NCBI GenBank assembly: GCA_964562615.1
Contig: CAZLUD010000001.1
Span: 193,072-257,071, forward strand
DNA: 64,000 nucleotides
Direction of reading: 5' to 3'
Origin: an uncultured Candidatus Saccharibacteria bacterium
GTDB lineage: Bacteria > Patescibacteriota > Minisyncoccia > Phycocordibacterales > UBA12088
Shown: in pieces, positions 39,036 to 47,716 of the stretch
Layout of the letters: each line of letters begins with the position of its first letter
How positions within the stretch are numbered: the stretch's first letter is position 1
Position numbers and translations under genes: made by a program
The notes under the pieces: generated by a model
Databases searched by the model: none
Seen by the model: only the letters and a program-made list of their open reading frames with translations
Told to the model about the DNA's origin: nothing

Positions 39036-40056
39036 ATTTTTTGTTGATATAATTAGAAACCGTTACAGCAATTTCCCTTTCCAGATCCGGTGATTCTTGA
39101 ACTTTTTCCCATTCGCCGTTTAAAGATTGCTTATAGTAAAATTTTGATTTTTCAATCGTGTATTGCCCCAAACAAAGGCATTGAAACTCAAACAAGAAGA
39201 ACTCGCCATCCTTATGTCCGATATCAAGAGACACAAATGGAGTATTAAGTTTCTTGTAAACAACCTCTGCATAATCAAGAAGCCCAATCGGAAGCTCTGC
39301 GTTAAAGTCTAAATTACCACTACCACTTGCGGTAAAGTTATTCTTTCTATTCTTACGAAATACTACATAGTACTTTTCTCCGTAAGCCAGTATTCTAAAG
39401 TCACCATCCAAGGCGCTGATAAAGTTCTGGACAATAAACTTCTTTCTATTATTAGACATTGGAGTAAATGGTTTCCCTGTCTTTATTTTTGAGAGAAACA
39501 GCTTTAAATTATCGAAGGTAAATGATCTTGATATCTTGTACGGCACAATCTTTTTATCCTGGTATATCTTAAGAAGACCGACATCTCGGCTTCTAGTGCC
39601 CGAACCAGGCTTTATAACAAAAATATCATTATCATTTGAATAACCAGACTGCACATATTCCTCATATGTACCAAATGATTTTGAATGAATGTTCTGTATC
39701 TCTCGTATTCCTAATACATCTCTCAACATCTCCATAAAAACCTTGTTGTGGTGAGCTCTAAAATATTCAAAATCTGGAATCAAGCGTGCTCCTTGTGTTT
39801 TCAATCCAAGTAAAATGTCTTCAATATAATCTTTGTAGGAAAGTCCCGGATCTTCTGACGATTGGTAGAGAACCCATTTGTTCTTGTAATCCTCTGCCCT
39901 CAAATCTATTTCGTAAAAGTGTTTTACAATCAGATTAAAACCATGGTCACAGAAATAATTTTTTAATTTATCGACATCAACAGAAGCACCTCTATATCTG
40001 GTAGAGAAGTAGAACTGATTTCTATAATCCAGAAGAATTATGATGTCACTATTCAT
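39007..40056 (-). CDS. ATP-grasp fold ligase (RimK-like)
   Basis: HHNKVFME, FVIKP, FIVQNFI..LDGDFRI, ASGSG and SLDI...LFEFQ motifs. Confidence 0.7.
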   Translation of the reverse strand: MNSDIIILLDYRNQFYFSTRYRGASVDVDKLKNYFCDHGFNLIVKHFYEIDLRAEDYKNKWVLYQSSEDPGLSYKDYIEDILLGLKTQGARLIPDFEYFRAHHNKVFMEMLRDVLGIREIQNIHSKSFGTYEEYVQSGYSNDNDIFVIKPGSGTRSRDVGLLKIYQDKKIVPYKISRSFTFDNLKLFLSKIKTGKPFTPMSNNRKKFIVQNFISALDGDFRILAYGEKYYVVFRKNRKNNFTASGSGNLDFNAELPIGLLDYAEVVYKKLNTPFVSLDIGHKDGEFFLFEFQCLCLGQYTIEKSKFYYKQSLNGEWEKVQESPDLEREIAVTVSNYINKKYVRNNRISR

Positions 40057-40594
40057 GTATTAGACCGCTCGTAATGGCGTTTTCAAGAAATTTCAAATCC
40101 CTTAGGATATTGAATCCCGTGTTATAAAAAGTGACTTTCCCATCCTTCAAATCTACCTCCTGCTTTCTGAAAATATCCAAGGCGGTTTTTACATCTACCC
40201 ATTTCGTATACATACCGATATTAGACTCATCATCAGTATATGACACCACCCCCTTCTCTCCTACAACAGCTGCAACATAACAAAAGTTGATGCAGTGTTT
40301 TTTATCTCTTGGCCTATAGTCATCAACAATCCCAACCTCGGACTTCAGCTCAACATTGCACCCCGTTTCCTCAAGACACTCTCTAATTACCCCTTGACCA
40401 ATATCTTCGCCATCATCTATACCTCCGCCAGGCAACTGGAGAAAATCATTTTGTTTATTACCAACTAATCCAATTTTCCTCTCACTGTCTACAATGATTG
40501 CTTTTCCAGTATTTCGATCTTCATACTCGATACTTGTATCTTCTGCCATCTCTGGAAAAACATCTTTTTGATATATGGTTGTAATTTTATTCAT
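40049..40594 (-). CDS. NUDIX hydrolase
   Basis: Nudix box GGGIDDGEDIGQGVIRECLEETG. Confidence 0.9.
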   Translation of the reverse strand: MNKITTIYQKDVFPEMAEDTSIEYEDRNTGKAIIVDSERKIGLVGNKQNDFLQLPGGGIDDGEDIGQGVIRECLEETGCNVELKSEVGIVDDYRPRDKKHCINFCYVAAVVGEKGVVSYTDDESNIGMYTKWVDVKTALDIFRKQEVDLKDGKVTFYNTGFNILRDLKFLENAITSGLIHE

Positions 40595-40696
40595 AAGTTT
40601 ATAAATTCTGTTGAATTTCAACATAATAGCGTATATATTTACAAAAATCAAAAAGTGATGTATTCTCTTTTCTGACCAAAAACGAAGGAAGCTCTA

Positions 40697-41365
40697 ATGA
40701 ATCCGCAAAAGATCATTGTAATGCGGCACGCAGAGTCACAGGAGGACGTCGACAAGACAGTATATGCCCACACAGCAGACTTGGACGTCGCCCTGAGTCA
40801 GAGAGGAGAAAAACAATCCATCGACGTTAGCCACACACTATCCAATATTCTTGGAAAAGGGAGTGTCCATTTCTACATATCTCCGGGACTGAGATTGCGT
40901 CAGACCTATAATCTGATGACGTCTCGCTTTCCTGAATACTTGCACCACAGCTTTTCTGTGGAGACACTTATCCTCAAACAATACTGGGGTGATGTGACTG
41001 TCGAGAATCGCCGCGAAATTGAAATCGCCCGATACAAGGAAGGTGTCCTGGTCTACCGTTTTCCAAACGGTGAAAGCGGTCCACAGCTCGTGGAACGTTT
41101 CAGACTCTTTGCAAGCAACCTTCGTGGTGAATTTGCAAAGAAGGACTTTCCGGAAAATATCGTGGTCCTCACACACGGGTTTGAAATGAGAGTCTTTCTC
41201 ATGGTTTGGTTTGGCTGGAGTGTAGAATACTTCGAAAGTTTGGCCAACCCGAGAAACTGTGAGATGATCACGCTTCATCTCAAACCTGATGGATCCTACT
41301 CAACGGATCGAGAAATGAGGATTTACGATCCATCGGGCAATCCAGCTCACGTGGCCAGAAAATAA
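40697..41365 (+). CDS. Histidine phosphatase (phosphoglycerate mutase) family protein
   Basis: MRHAES, SPGLRLRQT, FPNGES and LTHG motifs. Confidence 0.88.
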   Translation: MNPQKIIVMRHAESQEDVDKTVYAHTADLDVALSQRGEKQSIDVSHTLSNILGKGSVHFYISPGLRLRQTYNLMTSRFPEYLHHSFSVETLILKQYWGDVTVENRREIEIARYKEGVLVYRFPNGESGPQLVERFRLFASNLRGEFAKKDFPENIVVLTHGFEMRVFLMVWFGWSVEYFESLANPRNCEMITLHLKPDGSYSTDREMRIYDPSGNPAHVARK

Positions 41366-41369
41366 GATC

Positions 41370-41404
41370 AACCGGATGGGAGGTAGTTTGCCTCCCATCC
41401 GGTT
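41370..41404 (+). terminator. Intrinsic terminator
   Basis: aaccggatgggaggta-gtt-tgcctcccatccggtt followed by a T-rich tract. Confidence 0.8.
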
Positions 41405-41618
41405 AATTTTTATAATAACAAAATGAATAACATGAAAAATACAAAACATTTTATTTTAATATTTTTCCTTTACTCGACCCAACCTGGATCTCGAACTAAA
41501 GCCGTGGCTTAAAATATAGAAACTAAATTTAACCAGTCAAGGATGCTTTTTCGAATTTTCCAAATGATACTTATTCTTCCTCACGTGTCGCGATCGCTAG
41601 GTACTAAAAACTAAGCTG

Positions 41619-41689
41619 CTGCCGGACTTGGACTCGAACCAAGATACACGCCTCCAGAGGGCGTAGTCCTACCATTAGACGATCCGGCA
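41619..41689 (-). tRNA. tRNA-Gln(CTG)
   Basis: Acceptor TGCCGGA/TCCGGCA, anticodon arm ACGCC-CTCTGGA-GGCGT, T-loop TTCGAGT. Confidence 0.95.
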
Positions 41690-41795
41690 AGGATACAATG
41701 CAAGCAGTTTTAGCTAGCACTATGCGCTATTTGCGCACATGGACTATAGCATATTGCTCATGTGGTCGCATCCCTTATTAAGGGGCGTGCACGCC

Positions 41796-42323
41796 CTAAA
41801 AAAGGAAGTGGTATACAAATGACACAATGGCGTCTGCCTCGGGTCCACGAGTTATTGCAGCGCCGAGCGCGCCAGTTATCACAAGGGATATAAGCCCAAT
41901 AGCAGCTACCACAGGAGCAAACCACCCATCCGTCATGTGGAGCGCGAGGGCATACTTGATATCGTATATCTTTTTGAACAATAGCCACTTGCTTATCACA
42001 AACAACTTGAATGCCGTACCATGCGAAAGTCGTAGCGCGTAGGCAGTAGCAAGGAGTGCAAATATAAGAAAGGTAATGATAGCAAACGCCTCATGTGTTT
42101 CTGTTACCTCGTGGATGATTTCTTCGCCCCCAAGCATTGACTCGGCATACATACCAAAGAGAATAGTGGGAAGTGCAGTGATTGCACCAAGAATGACCAG
42201 TACCCCTTTTATGAGGACAAGCTTTTCGTTTCTTCTAAAAAAGATATAGCTAGCGCACTCTATGAGTGCATACAGCGAGAGAAGTGCTATAGGAAAGTGA
42301 ACAAACAGTGGGTGCAAATTCAT
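41796..42323 (-). CDS. DUF2231-like membrane protein
   Basis: LHPLFVHFPIAL...HE..A...TGALG. Confidence 0.75.
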   Translation of the reverse strand: MNLHPLFVHFPIALLSLYALIECASYIFFRRNEKLVLIKGVLVILGAITALPTILFGMYAESMLGGEEIIHEVTETHEAFAIITFLIFALLATAYALRLSHGTAFKLFVISKWLLFKKIYDIKYALALHMTDGWFAPVVAAIGLISLVITGALGAAITRGPEADAIVSFVYHFLF

Positions 42324-42330
42324 ACAAATA

Positions 42331-44013
42331 TTATATATCCTTTCTTGCTTTTGCTGCTTTGATAAAGGCAGTAAAGAGGGGGTGCGGAGAAAGGGGGCGA
42401 GCTAAAAATTCGGGATGAAATTGTGTGCCAAGCATGAAGGGGTGCTCGTCTTTTGATAGCTCGGTTATTTCCATAAGGCGATTGTCGGGTGAGGTGCCTG
42501 AGAAAATAAGTCCTGCTTGTTCTAGTCGTTCTATATATTCTGGGTTTACCTCGTACCTATGGCGATGTCGCTCTATCACAACATCCGCTCCGTAGGCAGC
42601 GCGAGCAATGGTGCCCTTCTTCAATACCGCCTTATACTCACCAAGACGCATTGAGCCACCGTACTGCTTGTTTTCAATTTTCTCTTTTTGGTCTGGCATG
42701 ACATCAATTACCAAATCTCCTGCATTTGGTTTTATCTCTTTTGTGTGTGCGCCGGGGATACCCGCCATGTGTCGTGCGTACTCGATAACCATAAGCTGCA
42801 TGCCGTAGCAAAGCCCGAAGTATGGGATTTTGTTTTTTCGCACATACTCGATAACGTTAATTTTTCCTTCTATACCAGTTTCGCCAAACCCCCCTGGGAC
42901 GAGTACCCCATCATAATTATCAAGGACAAACAATCCTTTGCCATCTTCAAAGTCTTGTGCAGAGATGTAGTCAATTTTTGGATAGACTCCTTGGTAGTAT
43001 GAGGAGTACTTAATTGCCTCAAGTACAGATATATACACATCAGAAAGTATAAAATCACCAGAACCAAAGTACTTCCCTACAACCGCTATCTTTATCTCTC
43101 GAGTTGCGTTTTTCTTTTTGGTGGCAAATGATCGCCACTTGGTAAGGTCTGCCTTATGTGAGCAATCAAGCGAGAGTAATTCGCAAAGATGATGGGTAAG
43201 CTGATCCTTTTCAAAGTTGAGTGGTACATCATATACACTTGCTACATCTGGCGCTGAAATAACATGCTCTTCGCGCACATTGCAAAAGGTGGCAATTTTT
43301 TCCTTTCTTTTTTTGTCGATGGCTACAGGCGCGCGAGCGATAATGATATCCGCAAACACCCCAGCGCTATTGAGCTCGCGCGCGGCGTGTTGGGTTGGCT
43401 TTGTCTTCATCTCACCTATTGAGCCTGGTACCGGTAGGTACGATACAAGCACCGTGCCAACGTTACGCGGTTCACGAATTTTTAACAGACGTATTGCTTC
43501 CAAAAAAAGAATATTTTCGTACTCACCTACGGTGCCGCCAATCTCTATAATCACCACATCAGCATGAGCTGCTTCCCCTGCCTTTTTTATTCGTGCGATT
43601 ACCTCGTTGGGTATATCTGGTACCACCTGCACGTTTTTTCCTTTGTATTCAAGATTTCGCTCCTTTTCAATTACGGCTTGATACACACTGCCAGTAGTCA
43701 TGTAGTTAAGACTAGGGATTGAGGTGTTGAGAAAACGCTCATAGTTGCCCATGTCTTGATCGGTTTCAAGTCCGTCATTGAGTACAAACACTTCACCATG
43801 CTCGGTTGGGTTCATGGTACCTGCGTCTACATTGATGTACGGGTCTATCTTCATCGCGGTCACTCGTAGTCCACGTGACTGCAATAGCATCGCAATAGAT
43901 GAGGAGGTGATACCTTTACCCACCCCACTCATTACCCCACCGACTACAAAGAGGTACTTTGTGGGAGTTTTTTTAGAGGACGATCGTGAAGTTCGGGCAG
44001 ACGGCGCTTTCAT
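42331..44013 (-). CDS. pyrG: CTP synthase
   Basis: GGVMSGVGKG, KTKPTQH, GLCYGMQ, RHRHRYE and QFHPE motifs. Confidence 0.97.
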   Translation of the reverse strand: MKAPSARTSRSSSKKTPTKYLFVVGGVMSGVGKGITSSSIAMLLQSRGLRVTAMKIDPYINVDAGTMNPTEHGEVFVLNDGLETDQDMGNYERFLNTSIPSLNYMTTGSVYQAVIEKERNLEYKGKNVQVVPDIPNEVIARIKKAGEAAHADVVIIEIGGTVGEYENILFLEAIRLLKIREPRNVGTVLVSYLPVPGSIGEMKTKPTQHAARELNSAGVFADIIIARAPVAIDKKRKEKIATFCNVREEHVISAPDVASVYDVPLNFEKDQLTHHLCELLSLDCSHKADLTKWRSFATKKKNATREIKIAVVGKYFGSGDFILSDVYISVLEAIKYSSYYQGVYPKIDYISAQDFEDGKGLFVLDNYDGVLVPGGFGETGIEGKINVIEYVRKNKIPYFGLCYGMQLMVIEYARHMAGIPGAHTKEIKPNAGDLVIDVMPDQKEKIENKQYGGSMRLGEYKAVLKKGTIARAAYGADVVIERHRHRYEVNPEYIERLEQAGLIFSGTSPDNRLMEITELSKDEHPFMLGTQFHPEFLARPLSPHPLFTAFIKAAKARKDI

Positions 44014-44018
44014 AACGA

Positions 44019-44951
44019 TCAGACATTGAGGTAACGCTTCACTGCCAAGTAGCTAGAGACGGCACCAAGCATAATGCCTGCACCCACTAGGATGAGGAAC
44101 AAGACACCAAAATTGTGCGTGTAGTACTGGAAGAGGTCGATGCTCGAGTCAAAATATTCGCGAGTCTTTGGACCAAGCGCGAGCGCGATTGGATAAAAGA
44201 GAATGAGGGTAAGGAGTCCGGCAAAACCGCCATACATAATACCCTGAAAGACAAACGGCCCACGGATATATTGATTGGATGCACCTACAAGGCGCATCAC
44301 GGTAATTTCATCTCGTGCGGTGTATATCGCCAAGCGAATGGTGGTAAAGGTAATAAGGATAGAAGCAATAACCAACACCACCGTTACGGCAAGTCCTAGT
44401 GCCTCAGCGCTCTTGATGATGTCAGAGAGACGATCAATAGCGACTTTGTTTTTGAAATAATTTACTTCATCAATAATCGGCGTACCATCTTTTGATAGCG
44501 CGTTAGTATCATCAGAAAGAAATTCGGCAATACCCTCATATTGAGATGGTTCTTTTGCCTTTATAGAAAGAGCAGCCCCAAGTGGGTTGTCACCAAGCTC
44601 TTCAAGGGCTTGGAGCATGAGTTGATCGTTTGCGTGACGCTCCTTAAAGCGCGCGAGCGCATCCTCGCTTGAGATGTACTCTACCCGTTCTACTTGTGGC
44701 AAGCCCTCTATCTGGCGCTGAATGGTTTGTATTTCTTCTGTTGATGCGTTAACCGTAAAGTATACGTTTATATCTACCTTATCTCTGAATATCTGGAGCG
44801 CCGTGCTGAGCATGGCGTTAACAAAAATAAGTGAGCCAATCACAAACAACGTAACGGTCATCACCAAAATTGCTGCAAGAGACACAAAGCTGTTACGCCA
44901 AAAGCCCACAAAGCCTGCCTGTATTATTCTTTTAGTGTTTATCCAAAGCAT
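44019..44951 (-). CDS. ftsX: Cell division permease FtsX
   Basis: 4-TM FtsX layout, EITVMRLVGAS..YIRGPF; immediately downstream of ftsE. Confidence 0.9.
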   Translation of the reverse strand: MLWINTKRIIQAGFVGFWRNSFVSLAAILVMTVTLFVIGSLIFVNAMLSTALQIFRDKVDINVYFTVNASTEEIQTIQRQIEGLPQVERVEYISSEDALARFKERHANDQLMLQALEELGDNPLGAALSIKAKEPSQYEGIAEFLSDDTNALSKDGTPIIDEVNYFKNKVAIDRLSDIIKSAEALGLAVTVVLVIASILITFTTIRLAIYTARDEITVMRLVGASNQYIRGPFVFQGIMYGGFAGLLTLILFYPIALALGPKTREYFDSSIDLFQYYTHNFGVLFLILVGAGIMLGAVSSYLAVKRYLNV

Positions 44952-44956
44952 GTTTG

Positions 44957-45637
44957 TTATAGAGAATACTTTCCTTCTTTATCATCACGTACCACTCTAC
45001 CATTATCCATAGTGATGACTCTGCGACGTATCGAGTCTACCACGCCTTTGTTGTGGGTGGTAAGAAACACGGTGGTGCCAAGGTCATTTATCTTTTTGAG
45101 AATCTGCACTACTTCGTAGGTATTGATGGGGTCAAGGTTACCGGTTGGTTCATCGGCAATAATCATCTCTGGTTGGTTTACTATCGCACGAGCAATGGCA
45201 ACCCGCTGCTTCTCTCCCCCTGAAAGCTCGTGAGGAAAATTCCACATCTTGTCACCAAGATCAACAAGATCAAGCACGTGTGGCACATCCGCGGCAATCT
45301 CTTCGTCTTCTCTCCCTGCTGCCTCCATCGCAAATGCGATATTTTCAAACGCGGTCTTATTAGGAAGCAATCTAAAATCTTGAAATACAGTTCCTACCTT
45401 TCTGCGATATTCGTTAAGAGATTTTCGTGGAATCTGATGAATATCAACTGAATGAAAAAACACCCTTCCGTCCGTTGGTGCGTCTTCTGCCAACAACATC
45501 TTAAGTAGTGTGGTTTTGCCCGCACCAGAGTGACCGACTACTGATACAAATTCGCCCGGCTCAATGGAGAGTGAGACGTTATCAAGTGCCACAGAATTAT
45601 CATTGTATATTTTTGAAACTCGGTCGAAATATATCAT
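44957..45637 (-). CDS. ftsE: Cell division ATP-binding protein FtsE
   Basis: [25 protein letters not shown] and ADEPTGNLD motifs. Confidence 0.92.
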   Translation of the reverse strand: MIYFDRVSKIYNDNSVALDNVSLSIEPGEFVSVVGHSGAGKTTLLKMLLAEDAPTDGRVFFHSVDIHQIPRKSLNEYRRKVGTVFQDFRLLPNKTAFENIAFAMEAAGREDEEIAADVPHVLDLVDLGDKMWNFPHELSGGEKQRVAIARAIVNQPEMIIADEPTGNLDPINTYEVVQILKKINDLGTTVFLTTHNKGVVDSIRRRVITMDNGRVVRDDKEGKYSL

Positions 45638-45687
45638 GGGTAAATTGGCAATTGGTGTACATCCCCTTAGTAGAGTATGCAACAATT

Positions 45688-46566
45688 TTACCCCACATGT
45701 GACATGCCGTCTATAAACAACTGTATATCACCTTCTTCAAGGACACTGTCAACATTGCCGGTTTCTATAGAAGTACGATGATCTTTTACCAATTGATATG
45801 GATGCAGTACGTAGGATCGTATCTGACTACCCCACTCTATCTTGCCCACGTCTGTAGAAAGCTCGGCAATAGTCTCTTTTCTTTCTCGCTCCATAAGCGT
45901 AAATAGTTTTGCCGCAATCATGGCGAGCGCCTTTTCTTTATTGGCATTTTGATATCGCTCACCGTCCACATGAGCAGATACGCCGGTTGGAATATGCACT
46001 ACTCTTACTGCAGTCTCGCGCTTGTTTACATTTTGCCCTCCGGGGCCAGAAGATTTGGTATAAGAAATATCTAAATCAGACTCTGGTATATCCATCGCGC
46101 CGGTTTTTTCTATTACCGGCAATACCTCTACCAGCACAAAAGATGTTTGACGCTTTCCGCCGGCATTAAACGGCGATATGCGCACAAGGCGGTGTACACC
46201 GTATTCATGCTTAAGCTCTCCATAGGCACCCTTTCCAGATACCTCAATAGAAAGATTTCGATACCCGCCATGATCATTTTCATGCAGATGAAGCACGTGC
46301 ACATTCCAGTTTTTCTTCATGCAAAATTTTTGATACATGCGAAGCAGCATGCCAGCAAAATCCTCTGCATCATCTCCTCCCGCACCAGCATACAAAGAAA
46401 GTATCGCTCCGCCTTTATCATATTTACCCACTCCCTCGCGCGCATCTTTAAGCTCTTCGTATTCTTTCATGAGTGCCTGCGCGCGCTTTGGATCATTCCA
46501 AAAATCACTCGCATACATTGCGGACTCGATTTCTTTAATACGAATCTCTATCGCTTCTTTATTCAT
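45688..46566 (-). CDS. prfB: Peptide chain release factor 2 (short form)
   Basis: RLVRISPF (SPF), GPGGQNVN and WGSQIRSYV motifs. Confidence 0.92.
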   Translation of the reverse strand: MNKEAIEIRIKEIESAMYASDFWNDPKRAQALMKEYEELKDAREGVGKYDKGGAILSLYAGAGGDDAEDFAGMLLRMYQKFCMKKNWNVHVLHLHENDHGGYRNLSIEVSGKGAYGELKHEYGVHRLVRISPFNAGGKRQTSFVLVEVLPVIEKTGAMDIPESDLDISYTKSSGPGGQNVNKRETAVRVVHIPTGVSAHVDGERYQNANKEKALAMIAAKLFTLMERERKETIAELSTDVGKIEWGSQIRSYVLHPYQLVKDHRTSIETGNVDSVLEEGDIQLFIDGMSHVG

Positions 46567-46605
46567 GAGTATATACACAGTACCACATCAGCATAGTGGC
46601 AAATG

Positions 46606-46678
46606 AGCCACCTCCCAGAATCGAACTGGGGACCTACGCGTTACGAATGCGTTGCTCTACCGACTGAGCTAAGGTGGC
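46606..46678 (-). tRNA. tRNA-Thr(CGT)
   Basis: Acceptor GCCACCT/AGGTGGC, anticodon loop TTCGTAA, T-loop TTCGATT. Confidence 0.95.
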
Positions 46679-46689
46679 GCCCTGCAATG

Positions 46690-47289
46690 CTACGCCATAT
46701 CACGTAATTTTTCAATTTCACCAAGTAAGTGGTTCCTCAATCTTGAGTTGAGAAAATATACAGTAAGAACGCCATTCTGTGATTTATTTCTATACGTTCC
46801 CTTTTTATTTGATTTAGAAACTATTGTCTTATAAAACTGAGTCTTGGAAACATTAAGTTTATTTCTCCAAAATGCTTCTACTTGTGAGACTACCACATCA
46901 TTATGAACTTGAAGTGAAAATCGTAAGTCCCTTCGATTAATTACATATCTTTTTTCCAGAAAGTGGATGAAGCAATTTAAAAGATCTGGGTCACTATTAC
47001 CAAGCCTAATTTCACTTTTGTTCTTTTTATTTCCTTCCCCCCAGTACAAGCCTAACCCCAACCCAAGTAATAATATTTCTTTTTTATTTAATGGTGTAGT
47101 AACTGAAAATGGATTACCGTTAGGATTTTTCTTGGAATAAACTGCTTCTGAAATACTCCTTTTTGTTATTCCGTTCTTTTTCAACCAATAATTTACCTTA
47201 GATATTGAACAGCCAAGTATTGTAGCAATCTCTGAGGCTGATTTCTTTTCAAAAGAATATTGTTTGATCAACACAAATTTTGCGATCAT
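46690..47289 (-). CDS. HTH plus LAGLIDADG-like putative homing endonuclease
   Basis: N-terminal HTH (SASEIATILGCSISKVNYWL) and LGLGLYWGEG...LGNSDPDLL..F..FL motif; AT-rich; lies between two tRNA-Thr genes. Confidence 0.65.
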   Translation of the reverse strand: MIAKFVLIKQYSFEKKSASEIATILGCSISKVNYWLKKNGITKRSISEAVYSKKNPNGNPFSVTTPLNKKEILLLGLGLGLYWGEGNKKNKSEIRLGNSDPDLLNCFIHFLEKRYVINRRDLRFSLQVHNDVVVSQVEAFWRNKLNVSKTQFYKTIVSKSNKKGTYRNKSQNGVLTVYFLNSRLRNHLLGEIEKLRDMA

Positions 47290-47347
47290 ACACTAAGTAT
47301 AAATCGCCGTTGTTATTTGTTTAATGGCAAATGTCACCACTACATTG

Positions 47348-47624
47348 AGCCGATGTCCGGGATTGAACCGGAGACCTCCCCCTTCGTGTACACCTCATTT
47401 TCTTCCCTTTGCTTTATATGAGGACTAGACTGTATCTTTCGCATATTTTACTACATGAGCAAAACGTAGCGACCCTTGTCAGTCGTTCGGGCCTTTAAAA
47501 ATAGGCCACGGTCTGGACCAGTGCTGGCCTTTAACCGTAATTCAGGTTCAACTAGTAGTTTCCTACGTAGCGGGCAATCACACGGATTACCATGGGGGTG
47601 CTCTACCAACTGAGCTACATCGGC
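47348..47624 (-). tRNA. tRNA-Thr(GGT) interrupted by an intron (exons 47589-47624 and 47348-47384)
   Basis: The joined exons give GCCGATGTAGCTCAGTTGGTAGAGCACCCCCATGGT|AAGGGGGAGGTCTCCGGTTCAATCCCGGACATCGGCT, a complete cloverleaf with anticodon GGT. Confidence 0.9.
47385..47588 (-). ncRNA. Group I self-splicing intron, 204 nt
   Basis: P1 GGU|AAUC pairs with GAUUGCC with a U.G wobble at the 5' splice site; R-like AACGACUG and S-like AAGAUACAGUCU form P7 (GACUG/CAGUC); terminal G. Confidence 0.88.
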
Positions 47625-47716
47625 ACGTACCGTATATTTAGTACGGCCTAGAGCGCATGGTATCTAAAAAAAGAGAAGAATGCAAAGTCTAATACTCTAT
47701 AGTAGAGTAACCAGAT

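Larger units (their letters stand above)
37225..41640. mobile_element. AT-rich genomic islet at the tRNA-Gln 3' end (no intact integrase)
   Basis: Bounded by tRNA-Gln and a degenerate copy of its 3' end. Two hand-counted 60-mers in the asnB-like gene are 25% and 37% GC. Confidence 0.6.

Noticed and set aside
46597-47333. TGGCAAATG repeated downstream of both tRNA-Thr genes
   Set aside because: A 9-mer at different offsets, and the spacing does not fit a promoter or target-site duplication.
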